Origin: Pseudovirgaria hyperparasitica
Lineage: Eukaryota
DNA: 64,000 nt
NCBI GenBank assembly: GCA_010093815.1
Contig: ML996568.1
Direction: 5' to 3' (one strand)
How positions within the stretch are numbered: the first letter of the stretch is position 1; each line of letters opens with the position of its first letter. The notes beneath the pieces were generated by a model. It had not been told where the DNA came from, made no database searches, and saw only the letters and a program-made list of their open reading frames with translations. Below, piece after piece: positions 51,562 through 64,000 of the stretch. The position numbers and the translations under genes are program-made.

Positions 51562-53607
51562 ATGGTGGCTCCTCGCAAAGCCGCTTTCGCGGAAGAAAGT
51601 GCAGAAGTGGAGGTGCTTTTTGCAAATATGGACAAGTTAAAGAGCTTGACAAAGAAGATACAAGGCTCCGTCAATCGGTTGGAAACGAGCGGCAAAAGTG
51701 TACAAGATGCCATTGCTCCTATCTACAGCAACACGCAGAAGCTCCAGATCGCGAACACAAGTCAGTGGTTCTTCATGGTGGTATTGCGGCGGCTATTGAC
51801 CTGGTCTAGATATTGACCGCATGATCACCGCCATCGATCGAGTCCGTGAACCATTGAACCAGCGTGGTAGAGAAGACCAAGTCATTAAGGCTGGGTGAGT
51901 TATGCTCACCAATCGTGGGGGTTTCCTCCGCTAAGAATAGAAGGCCACGAAAGGTCGGTATGCAAGACTACATAGCATCACTTGATAGGACAACCCAAGC
52001 TCTTGCAGGCCTGAGGCAGTCCAATCTGAAATCGAATCAGAACGCAATGGCGGAGCTGACCTCCCTGATAAAGATGGGAACAAAGCAGCTAGAAGATGTC
52101 TTCAGAGACATGCTTCGAGAAGATGCAAGGCCGCTTGAGCCATTGCAGTATATTACAAAGGGCAAGCGAACTACTTGCAAGTACCTTTTATTGTTTGCTG
52201 ACCCCTATAGATAAGTCTTTTCCAACTCTACCTGAAGACAAATCTTCCCAATTTAGGATAATACACTCCCACACCGCTGCTTCATACGCGCAAACGTCTT
52301 CAAGAGATATACGGGACACCCCAACGATAAAGGTGTATTCCGAAATTCGCGGAGAATACATTACCATCTGCCTTCGAAATCTAGCAGCAGCTTCAATATC
52401 CACAGCTCGTAAAGTGACTGCAGATTCTGTTTATAAGAAAGGCGACAACGGCATAGGGCACTACGCCAAAGCTCTGGAAGGTCTATTCATCGCCGAATAT
52501 GAAAGTATATGTCCTGTATTTTCACGCGAAGAATGGGGAATCGTCTTCACAGCTACCTCTCAAAATGCTCTCAACGAATTCACTAAAACTCTACAGACAC
52601 TCAACACACATGTCATCAACAACCTAAACACCGATTGCTTTCTAGGATACGAGATTATTGAAATCGTCTCTAATCTGTCCATTCGGTTAGAATCACGCAC
52701 CGGGGAGCTCAAACGGCCGATAGCTGACTCCTTGAAACCCGTCCGAGAAACGTCCAAATCATCGCTTGGGAAGCTTCTCGACGATACGCGGAACCGCATT
52801 CAGAGTCTTGTTGCCTTATCAGCAGATTGTTCAACAGTCCCCGTGACGATAGAGACTATGACTAGGTTGCAAAATATGACCTCTTATCTCCCAGCGCTCA
52901 CCTCGATCATGACGTCGTTAGGAGATGGTGGTTGGAACTCATCCGCGACCGCATCATCGAACTCAATACCAACGATGAAGTCGTTTGATGTTGGCGCTGA
53001 CGGCCAACAGCTGTTTGCTCACTATGCCTTGGATACAATTGATACACTTTTGTCGAACCTGGAGAACAAGTGTCGCGTGTTGATCAAAGGCAAACATCTA
53101 CAAGGAATCTTTATAGCCAATAACGTCTCTATCATTGATCGTGCTATCCGCTCGTCTGAGCTGTCCTCGCTTTTGACTGCTGTTGGACCTAAACTTGACA
53201 GTTGGAAGAAGAAGAGCGAAAACCAGTACAAGGACTCGTGGCAAGATATCATGAAGATCTTGATGTCCGACACCATTTATACCAACCGCGGGGGGAGACC
53301 GCATTCGGGCAGCGTTAGTGGTGCAGGAGTCGACTCTACGACAGTCGTCAAGTCTCTGTCATCAAAAGACAAGGATGCTATCAAGGAGAAGTTTCGCAGC
53401 TTCAACAATAGTTTCGACGGCTTCCTCGTTCAGCACAGGGCCCTAAAGATGGAAGCGGATGTACGCGCAAGTATCACTCGTACCCTTCAAGAGACCATCG
53501 AACCTCTTTATTCAAGGTTTTGGGATCGTTACCATGAGATTGACAAGGGAAAGGGGAAATATGTCAAGTACGACAAGCCTGCTCTGGCCAGCGCGCTAAA
53601 AACCTAG
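51562..53607 (+). CDS. EXO70: Exocyst subunit Exo70; 4 exons
   Basis: Starts [22 protein letters not shown]. Contains [13 protein letters not shown] and [23 protein letters not shown]. Introns at ~51761-51809, ~51895-51941 and 52162-52210 (GC donor). Confidence 0.95.
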
Positions 53608-54563
53608 ATATCTCACGCGCAGTACTGTTTACAGGATACCCAACTCATGTGCATACTTGGAAATTCCAACCAGGCGCTTATGCATAGATCCATGTATGTT
53701 ATGTTATGATGTTCTACTGTGTACGTAAGGGCCTTCACTTCTCCTTGCCTGCCGACTCCCGAGTGGAGTCGCTCTGCTCTACAACATGGTTATTGTTGCA
53801 TGGTCCGACGTCGCCAGCAATACTAACTTCTAAGGCTTCAACCTCGTGTAATGTCAATCACGTACGCAGGTTTCAGACATTGTGTCGCAACATGTGGTGT
53901 TCCTGGATAATGGACATTACTCATGGATGACTGGATATCACGTGACTACATAAGCTAGCCCCTTTGAGAAGAAATATCAATGGACAATCGAACACATTCA
54001 TGGGATTGTCTGGGTATGCTAGGTATGCTCGAGCTCGGGGCGTCGATTTTATCACTGAACTTCCCGATGAAGCTCGAATCTTTCATATTTAATTGCAGCT
54101 TCACTTAGGTTGTTGTAAGTTGCGACGTAGAAAGCTTTGAGGACAAACCAGGCCTGCCGCGCTCCTATTGGTGCCCGGTACTTCCTCAAAGGTCCGCTAG
54201 ACCTAGACAGAGCGACCGAGCGACCCCCTGCTCAGACCCCTTTACACTTTCCTCCGCCCTACTTTTCTTCTTCAAGACAACAAAGTCGCCCTTCGACGTC
54301 CTCACCGACTTACTTCCACCCGTCTGATACCTCAGTGTCATCATACAAGACTGTTTAAACAGTACGTTCCCCTCTCTATCAATTCGCTCTCCTCCGCTTC
54401 CATATCCTCATCTCTGCACGGATTTCTGAATTTTGTCCTGCGATTGTCATTGAGCCTCCAACTACACAGCCCTTCATCATAGCTCCAGCATACGCTGACT
54501 TCAGTCTTCTGTAGGAGTCCCAGGTCGCGCTCTGCGTCGTCTACGTCCGCTTTTGCGCTTTTC

Positions 54564-56289
54564 ATGATGGGTAAGCAACCCACCACTTTCTCCGCTCTGT
54601 TGCCACGAATTTGCATGCAGCAATTTGCCCTATCCCTACGCTCAGCGCATGTTCAATTGTCATGGACTACAAACGCATCTCATACTGTATCAATTATACT
54701 TCTCTGATGATATTGCGATCTTGCCAAATCGACGCAAACATTTTGTCTCTTCTACCACGCTAATGAGTTTCCACAACATAGCTTCCAACGGGCCTGTTGC
54801 GGCGGCCCCTACGAGAGCTTCACCTGCGCCCCCAACGCAAGCTACACCAACTGGCAAGCCTACCTCACCTTTTGTCGAACGTAGCAACCCAATGCCTAAT
54901 GGCCAAGGCGCAGCTCCTCAAACGATCACTTCCAAGGATCCCAAAGCTGCGGCTGCGGCTGCCTCTGACATGAGGAACATTGTTCGGAGGAAGCTCACCG
55001 GCTATGTTGGCTTCGCCAATCTCCCAAACCAATGGCATCGCAAGAGTGTTCGTAAAGGCTTCAACTTCAATGTAATGGTCGTCGGTAAGTAGTCATCCTC
55101 CCAAATCGATTGACACTGCCTGACTATTTTGTAAAGGCGAGTCTGGCCTCGGTAAATCGACATTGGTCAACACCTTGTTCAACACCTCTCTCTACCCTCC
55201 CAAAGAGCGCAAGCCACCGAGCCTCGACATTATTCCCAAGACGGTCTCCATACAATCCATCAGCGCTGATATTGAGGAGAATGGAGTGCGTCTGCGACTG
55301 ACGGTTGTTGATACTCCAGGCTTTGGTGATTTCGTCAACAATGACAATTCTTGGGAAACCATCGTTCAGAACATCGAAGGTCGTTTCGATGCTTATCTAG
55401 ATGCCGAGAACAAGGTCAATCGTATGAACATTGTAGACAATCGGATTCATGCCTGTGTCTACTTCATTCAGCCCACCGGTCACTCACTCAAACCTTTGGA
55501 TGTAGAGGTCATGCGTCGACTCCACACCAAGGTAAACCTAATTCCTGTCATCGCCAAAGCCGATACTCTTACCGACGATGAGATCACTGCTTTCAAACAG
55601 AGAGTGAGTACTTCAATTGACTCAAGTGCAAACATATTGGTTAACACGATCAGATCCTTGCAGACATTGCTCATCACAACATCCAGATATTTGAGGGACC
55701 TCGTTATGAGCTTGATGATGAGGAGACCATTTCTGAGAACAATGAAATCATGTCCAAGGTTCCGTTCGCCGTTGTTGGTGCGAACTCCGATGTCACCTCT
55801 GTCGATGGACGCAAGGTTCGGGGACGCAAATATCCATGGGGTATCATTGAAGTCGACAACGAAGAGCACTGCGACTTTGTGAAGCTTCGCCAAATGCTCA
55901 TACGTACTCACATGGAAGAACTGAAGGAAAACACCAATAACTCCCTTTATGAGAACTACCGCTCTGACAAGCTCACCTCAATGGGTGTGACTCAAGACCC
56001 CAGTGTCTTCAAAGAAGTCAACCCCGCCGTCAAACAAGAAGAGGAACGTTCGCTCCATGAGCAGAAGCTGCAGAAGATGGAGATGGAAATGAAGATGGTC
56101 TTCCAGCAGAAAGTGTCTGAGAAGGAAAGTAAATTGAAGCAGAGCGAGGAAGAGCTTTACGCAAGACACAGAGAGATGAAGGAGCAACTGGACAGGAACA
56201 AGGCAGAGCTCGAAGAAAAGAAATCTCGCATCGAAAGTGGAAGACCGCTCGAAGAGAAAGGCAAGAGGAAGGGTTTCTCACTCCGTTAA
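54564..56289 (+). CDS. CDC3: Septin Cdc3/AspB; tiny first coding exon plus three further exons
   Basis: [42 protein letters not shown] and a coiled-coil tail ending KRKGFSLR. Introns at ~54571-54781, 55085-55136 and 55603-55653. Confidence 0.95.
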
Positions 56290-57477
56290 GGTATTGGTGG
56301 CTTCGCTACTTGCGGAGCACTGGACTCGACGTAGGCCCACGACTTGTGACATATTTACTCCCACTGTCACGAAGTTCCCATTCCCTTCTCATTCCCCCCT
56401 TTCTGAAGAGAGTCCCTTTAATTTGCCAAGGCTTTCCGGTAGCACTGGGTGCGACTAGAAAACATAATACATCATGACGGTCGAACAAACGGAAACCATT
56501 GTTTGATTTCCAACCTTGGCTCAGCTAATCTTCTGCTGTTCGAGACCTCTTGCTTCGACTGGTAGTTCAGGTACAAGGCAGCGAAGGTCTTCATTAACAT
56601 ATATGCCGAGGTAGTGAAGAGTGACTTTGACTTTCCTCATGTATTTTACTTTACTAGCTTAGTTAACAGTCCATCTCCTTTGTCAGGGACTTTGTACGCG
56701 TGAAGAGCGAGCGGGTAGAATACGGAAGCCATTTCCAGCTTTCGCATTACCTCTCATCTTGCGTGCACGTGATGCTAGCTATAAACGAGGGCTTAGTGAA
56801 TAGCAGAAGAATCTACGTTGTGCCTCATAACCAGAGGCAGACTTAAGCGTACTGCAGACCGTTATTTGCGTAAGTATTCGTATAGTTTCATACCAACGCT
56901 CAAATAAATCGGCCTCACTCTTTACTGTGGTTTTGTGGACGCTTGTGTGCGCAAGCGACGATGATCCGCGCCCAAAAGCGGCCTTGCGTCACCGCCTGCT
57001 GCAGCCAGGACCGACTTACCAACAAGTTGTTCTTGGATCACCAGCCTGCCTATCCTCTTCAGCGCACATTCTTCTCTTCCCACTTACTCTACCAAAGCGT
57101 CCGCGAACCCTCCCTACGAGCTCGACAGTACACTTCGCACTCAGTATCTTTTCAAAGAACCCTCAGAAACTCAGGTATGTTATTGTCCTTGTCATCATGT
57201 CGTCACTGCTTGCATATTGGCAGCAAAGTGGGCAGCAGGCTCGAAATCATGAATCTGGTGTCATTGTACCCAGCCACCACCACCACCACACCACGGTCCC
57301 ATATCTACCAGAGCCCTTTTCCGTGTAAAAAGCAAGCGCAGCTCATTCAATACCACATTTCTTAGCTTCACCTTATTTTCAATTGCTTCCTTGAATCTAC
57401 TGCCACCTGCTGACATCAGGCTTCCTAGCACTTGATTACCAGCGCTCACGATTCTGTGCAACGAACCTCACGTCGAT

Positions 57478-58372
57478 ATGCCTGCCCAACAGCCTGCCAC
57501 AACTGGATCTCTCCAGGAGCGACTCCTTGCCCTCGCGCAGACTCTACAATTCGCCTGGTTCGTTGGGCACCTCACGCTCTTGTCCACGACCCTAAGATAC
57601 TCGCTCTCATACATGACCTTCAACTATTATTCGCGCTGGGCTAAATTCTCGTATCGTACCACATTTATTGCCGCAGCTGTCACCTATGGCATTGTCGTCT
57701 ATAAGGGATACCGATCTCGTGCTCGGCAAGGGAAGCAGGGCTCCCCGCTGAGCTTGCTCGCAGATGAAAATGTTCAATATCTGGGTACGTCGAGTGGATA
57801 TCAGCTGCGACTCCGCTAACAATATCACAGCTATGGCATCAGTCTGGCTTTTCTCTCGCCAGATTCCTTTAGCTATTCTACCATTTGCCGTCTATTCCAT
57901 CTTCCACGTTGCAACTTACACCCGCGCGAACTTGCTCCCTGTTCTGCAGAGCCCACCCGCTGGTGGGGCCGCAGGTGCCAAGCAAGCTCCTTCAGGGCTA
58001 TCTGAGACCATTGGCCGTTTCGTCAAGACCTACTATGATTCGAGCATGACAACGGTCGCAATTCTCGAAATCGCTCTCTGGTTTCGTATTCTTGGCTCTG
58101 CTCTTCTGTTTCAGAAGGGTTCATGGATTCTTCTTGGTATCTACACAGTCTTTTTTCGTGCTCGCTACCAGCAGAGCGGCTTTGTCCAAAACGCAATCAC
58201 TCAGGTAACCGCTCGCATTGACGCGCAAATCGCAAACCAGAGCACACCCCCCGCTGCCCGACAAGGATGGGAAACTTTCAAAAATTTGATCAGGCAAGCT
58301 GCCGATGCAACTGATATCCGCAAGTATGTCACTGGTCCGCAGCAGCAGGCTGGCCCGAAAAAGGCCCAGTAG
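57478..58372 (+). CDS. POM33: Transmembrane nucleoporin Pom33 / TMEM33 family; 2 coding exons
   Basis: LAQTLQFAWFVGH, AAVTYGIVVYK, LLADENVQYL and YSIFHVATYTR. Coding intron at ~57785-57830 and a probable 5' UTR intron at ~57175-57419. Confidence 0.92.
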
Positions 58373-59950
58373 AGCGCCTGTGCAATCGCTCGCACTTCAG
58401 AGTAATGCGTATCTCAGACCGAGCTTGTCTACACTACCGGATGTGCGAGCATGTTGTGAGCACTGTTGGTTGCTTCGAAAGAATAGGATTCAGTAATTAC
58501 GACAGGGAATCAAAATCATGGCCTGGAACAAACTGGCCTAGCATCGCCTGGGCGGATCCCAACTTCTGGGAATGGGATAAATGCGTAACTTACTGCGCTA
58601 CGTGAGAGCAACAACGTACTGAGTCTATGAGGTTATAACGAGCCCAGTCATACATTGGTATGAAAATAGGATTGGCTGGTGCATTAAAATGTTGTCTATA
58701 GAGGAATTCGATGCTGTCGTAAAACATTGTTGGACTTTATTATTTCTTCTTCTCCACTAACTTGCCTGGGCCGAGTTCAATTTGCCTGTCTAAAGGTCCT
58801 GCAGTGGATTCACGATCTATACAGAACATCGAATATCACTTCTCCCTGGTATTCCATCCTCAATTTCTTACGTCTTCGAGCATGGATAAATGTATTAACA
58901 CAGAAATGTTTGACGTCAGCGGCAAGCTACGACAGGGCTGAGCTTCGATGGACGTCACTTACCTGCATGCTTGAAGTCCACCCACTACGACATCCCTGGG
59001 TAGCCCACGTGTAGATATATCCCGTTGTTCAATATGCGGATTCACATTCTCACAAAATCTTGAATTTAGTATTCGGTAAGCTGATATAAGAAGATAGGAA
59101 TTGCTCCGGTATGGCCTTTCTGCAAGTGCATATGTATCTGGATGTTCATCAATTATCACACACGTACGGAGGATGTTTCAGAGATGCTATTCGGGGAGGC
59201 ATCTCAAAGTAACGCTCAGGCTGGTGATGTGACGTATGAAGGGTGAGTAGTCTCGGACATAGACACGGCGTTGATGGTTGAAGAGCATAAAACAAGACCG
59301 CCAGCTATCAGGTTCAGGCCCTGAAATAGATTTTGGGATTTCAGAGGCGGAAAAGACAAAACTGGGCAAAAGCTGTGATTTTATATCTAACACAGTGTGT
59401 AAGGGACGTGCTCAAGGGCCCTGGACAAGTATTTGTATACATCTACACATAAAGTCATCTGGCTCTTCGCATATACGAAGTGTGAATTAAAGACTACGAG
59501 CTTTGCCGCAAGAAAACGCCGATATAATTAATGCTGCTGTATCGGCCTATAGGGGGAGATATTCGTATGTCCACTTTTCACAGAATCTCAATCCTGCTAT
59601 CTTTCAAGCAGAAGCGCTGAGGGTGCCGCAAGAGATCTACTAATGTCCTGAAATCAAGAGAGAAACATTAGGTATATGATGGATTCGATAATTTACAAAG
59701 CAAGATGCATCCGAACTGATGAGTAATTCAGGTGAAAGCAGTTGGTGTAGAGGGTGAAGATATTGCAGAGGAAGTTTGATATCGGAAACAAGGAGAATGA
59801 TTGGTGATATTGCCGAGTCTATATGAAACGGAGAGGGACGTAACGATCACCTAAGATCTCATAGGAGGTATTACGTAAAGGCTGGCCATAATTAATTTGT
59901 AGCAGTCTGATTGAGCTTAGTAACTGCTTGTGGGATGATCCGTCAGAAAT

Positions 59951-62900
59951 TCAGTCGAGATCTCGATGAAAATATTCATCAGAGTTACCGCTGCTCGAGA
60001 CAGCGGTATCTACACGTGTAGCCATCTTGGTGAAAGGAATTCCTCGTTCTGTGGACGGCCCTGGACAATACGATGCCGGGACTGGTTCATCTTCTACAAG
60101 CTCGAACGCTCGTCCTTCGTTTGGGTCTCTGTTAGGACCAAACAGCTTCTTCAGAGCCGACAGCGTTAATCTAGTATCTATGTCAGCGGCTTCCTATTGG
60201 CTTTCAAATTATACAGACTTCCTGTTTCTCGCAGAATCGAGCATTGCAGCAGCCATATTCGCTTTCACTTGTTGTCTTCCAACCACATGCTCGTCGATCG
60301 AACCCTTCACATGTATGCGCACAATCACAGTTTCCTTGGTTTGTCCCAGACGAAGTATCCGAAATGCCGCCTGCTCCTCTGTCGATGCTTTCCAGTTGGG
60401 CTCAAGTATGATTATTCGAGTAGCTTCTTTCAAATTATGGCCCGTTCCGACGCAGCCGATGGAGGCGAGCAATATATTTTTCGTCGCACTGGTCTTAAAT
60501 TTTCTAAGTTCCCGGTCTTGTGCATCCGTGCTCATCGCTCCGTAGCTCTATAGATATAGTTGTTATTCATTGATGCTTATCTATAAGTCAGCCATAAGAA
60601 AAGAGGCTCACCGTAGTGAACTTCCAGTTCTCCGCTGTACAGATGTGTTTCAGTAGCTCTATGCTAGATCTATATCAGAGGCATGTCCGACAGTTTTGAG
60701 ATGAACATACCACAGTCGAAATTCGGTGAATATGATTATCTTCACTGCAGGATCTTCGTCCATCCATTCTTCGACCTGTGCTTTTAGAGCAAGGGTTTTC
60801 GTTGATGGCATCATTGGGCCAGGTAAATTTATCCACGGGTTGTGCTTCTGGTCCATTGGAGCTCTTGACTCGTTGCCGATCTGTTGCGTGAAAGGCTTCA
60901 TTTGGGTTATCGCAGCTGAGCACTTTGGGCATGATGTTTCCTTTGACATTTGCTCTGAGCCTACCCGTATCCCCAAGATGCAGTCTTTGCAAAAAAGGTG
61001 TAAGCAAGGCGCTATTTGTGCGTTCTCAGGTATATGCCCGCAAACTACACATATGTTTTCAGCGGGAGTATCTCCAAGCGCGACGGGACGCCGAATGCAG
61101 TCCCAGTATTTATCACATCTTACATGCTGACCGTAAGAGCGACCACGTAGCTCGAATGGCCCAGCAATTCCGTCTTTCAGTCGTATCGCTTCACGTGCTC
61201 GGCGAACACGAGTGCCAGGAGCTGATACACAGCTTTCGCTATGCAAGCGCCCCGCACATTCGTGAAGAAGCTTGATCTGGTGATCGCTGAAGTGCTGTAT
61301 GACATGATAAAACAAAATAGGATGGCTGAGGAGTCGTCGATGTTGATCGATGAAACTGAGTCAATTTAGCGAATAAAGAGTAGAGTTGCACATGACTATT
61401 ACACTCACGGCAAGATCGACTTCCTCATGGATTGACTCTGCTTGGTCGCTTTTCCTTCATCGTAGAAGTTCTCGAGAGAGATATCAAGCATAAGCTTCTC
61501 CAGGGGGTCCAGTTCGCATCTTATCTCGCGCTCGATGATCTTCGGCAATGGCAATAATGGTTTGTTATTGAACAAGTCTCCATGCGTCCGGCAGAAGATC
61601 AATCTGCCGATATCTGCATTTGCTCTGGCCGCATGGTCTGTGTCATTACGATTGCAAAAGTTTCTCTTGAAGGTTTTCAGTCCACCTACAATTCGTGCAA
61701 CTAATTAGCAGTGCAACCTAGAGCTAGAAATACCAAACTTGGTAGCTTACCAATATTCGGATCTTGCAAAAATGACTTTATCGCATATAGATCAGACATT
61801 TCATTGTCTAATGGCGTCGCAGTCAACACCCAGCGGTTGTCGGCCTTAAGAGCTCGACAAGCGATCGATGTAGCGGACTTGGGCGACTTAATCCTGTGTC
61901 CTTCGTCAAGCACAATTCTGTGCCACTCCAAACGATGAAAAATGCCACAATTCCCCTCAAAATACACCTGCCAAGCTTTATTGACCGTTGTCTCAGACTT
62001 ATGCCCATCGGGGTCGAACTTAGCTAACCAAGCTTCCCAGCTTGGATGCGAATTTCTGACTTCATCATATGTCGTTATCCTAGCGTCGCGTCAGTTGCGA
62101 TGCATTTGAATGTTTTATCGATAGTCCTACACTATATCGTGACTTTCGATAGTATCAATGTCGCAGCCAGATTGCAGAAGCTGCTTTGCGTACGTCATCA
62201 CCCGTAAGCCGTATTTTTCAGCAAGTCGCTTAGCTTGTCGATCCATTCTGTCGAAGGCTTTATTGCTGTAGCAGTGTTCCTCGACTTGCTCGCGCCCTGG
62301 ACAGTCAATAGATGTCTGCTCGTGTGCGACACGAACTCACAATTTCCCTTTAGGCTCGCTGGGCATACAACTAACGTAGATCTGGTCTGCACTCCCAACG
62401 GCTTTCGCCCGTTGACAATGTTAGAAAGGGCCACGATGGTCTTACCCATCCCAGCTGCTAATGCCAGAATTCCTCCGTGCATGGCTCCTGGCTGTGTCTC
62501 CCGTTCTCTCATCTCGCCTGCGGCTATCAGCTGGTAGTCTTTCAGCAGGGTCCTCATGCCTTTAATAGCAAAGACGCCACCCTCCCGCATAGAGACACAG
62601 CCACGCCCAAAGAAAGATTTCTTCGCTCTCTCGATCATCGCTCTATCTGTGCTTGCTTTCTTGTGATCCTCCAAGTTGAAAGAAGCGAAATAAGCTTTCA
62701 TTGACTTCTGCCATTCGATGGGGCGGTCTGTTCGCTGAACACTGTCTCCCTCATCTATCGTCGAATTTGTTATATCCTGCCTCACACGATCTGTGACAGT
62801 AATCTCGTATACCTTTAGTGGATCCTGACTTGGGGACTGATGTTCTTCTGACCCCGGTGTATCCCGCCGCGAGGTGGATCCATGCTTATCTATCCAACTG

Positions 62901-63663
62901 GCCGTGCAGTCAGGTGTAGTGTTCTTTCCCTTGCCCGCGAACATCTCGATGTTCGTTTTCATCATCGAAGGTCTTACTGTGACAGGATCTTTCCCTGCAA
63001 ACTCTCCATCATTACCAGGAGCGGACTTGTTCGTCTTGCGGCGCTTATAATCTCGGCTAGCAAGCACAGCAGTATTTAAACTATGCCACTCTATGATCCT
63101 CTTTCTATCTTGGACGCTTTTCTCGGCATGCAAAGACTGTAGCATTGCTAAGTCATTCTCTGTAAATTCCTTCACACTGCCCTCCTCTCTAGAATCCATG
63201 TGTTAGCTAAATTATGGAGATCCAAAAACAAAATGAACTGACTGTACACCATCCTCTGCGTTCCGAATGTCATTTTGTTGCTTTTTCTTGAGTAACAACA
63301 GCACTTTTCGTCTCTCACTCTCATAGGCTATGTAGTCCTCCAATGAGAGCAATTTGTTGCGCTGTTTCTCATGATAGAATTCCTGCATGACGCGGAACCT
63401 GCATCAACAATGAGACCACTCCTGTAGAATGAATATTATCAACCTTACTCTGTAAGAATCTCATCATCGTTGTCTATTTGCTCGGCATCTGCATCTACCT
63501 CACCAAAAAGCTCAATCTCTAGACTCACGTCTTTACTCTGTGAAGACGGTTCATCCGTGGGACTCTTGGAAGGGGCCTTGAATTGAGCGTGAGACCACTT
63601 ATTTTCTTCAGTAGTCAAGTTTGTATACGGCGATTCTGAAGGCTTGCGCGAAGTCATATTCAT
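59951..63663 (-). CDS. Divergent SNF2-family ATPase with internal RING finger (Rad5/Rad16/Uls1-like architecture); multi-exon, start inferred
   Basis: LKDYQ, GGILALAAGMGKT, TLVVCPASL, ITTYDEV, WHRIVLDEGHRIK, RWVLTATP, RING CVVC...CLHLFCKDC...CPKC, STKTLAL, KIIIFTEF and WKASTEEQAAFRILRLGQ. Confidence 0.88.
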
Positions 63664-64000
63664 TGACCTCTGTCTAGACGAAAATGTCTTCAAGAAGGAA
63701 GAAGAATAATTAGAGTAAGGATTTCCTTGTCGTAAATGTGTAGCTAGAGCTGGTGTGGTGAACAAAGATGTTGCTGTTTGAGCGCTGAAATAGCGATAAG
63801 TTTTAGTTTCGATGTAAATTGACGCAGAGATCTAACGACGGCGAACCAAGAGCATGGGAGTAGATTATTGCGAGAAAAGGCTCACTTCATCTGATGAAAG
63901 TTGACTGAACTTGAAATACAAAGCGTGTGAAAGACCCGGAGATTTGCTAATGACGGTTACGAGCAGAAAGAAAGTGGACCAAACTTCAGTCCCAGTCATC

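Noticed and set aside
58400..59940. Short ORFs between POM33 and the SNF2 gene
   Set aside because: No domain signal or coherent exon chain. Treated as UTR/intergenic.
1..64000. CRISPR array, rRNA, telomeric repeats or secondary-metabolite cluster
   Set aside because: None seen. The sequence is eukaryotic with housekeeping genes of unrelated function.

Overview
Genomic DNA from a filamentous ascomycete (Pezizomycotina; a dothideomycete origin is plausible but cannot be proven here), with two sharply separated compartments. Bases 1 to ~27,780 are an AT-rich nest of dead transposons showing repeat-induced point mutation (RIP: TpA-rich, CpA/TpG-poor, Trp/Gln codons turned into stops). The nest holds a Copia RT hit by two tail-to-tail Tad1-like LINEs, two nested copies of one Gypsy family, an unrelated LTR, a Tc1/IS630-type transposase interrupted by a third full-length LINE, and a ~940-bp SINE-like element with a tRNA-like head and a LINE-like tail. 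Three N gaps lie in this block. From ~27,800 the window is gene-dense, with short-intron housekeeping genes: peroxisomal ABCD transporter, GH2 beta-mannosidase (with a 1-bp frameshift), eIF5B, CAP/Srv2, a MAK32-like PfkB kinase, a NUUM-like complex I subunit, mitoribosomal mL44/MrpL3, a cPLA2/lysophospholipase, Exo70, septin Cdc3, Pom33 and a divergent RING-SNF2 ATPase. One small RIP island with a solo LTR sits at ~35 kb. The most interesting signals are in the LINE/SINE set: a SINE that shares the LINE 3' tail, a 15-16-bp-arm palindrome in both LINE UTRs, copy-specific hairpin-forming 5' extensions on both full-length LINEs, and a LINE that is a chimera of two subfamilies. All coordinates were read by eye and may be off by a few bases.
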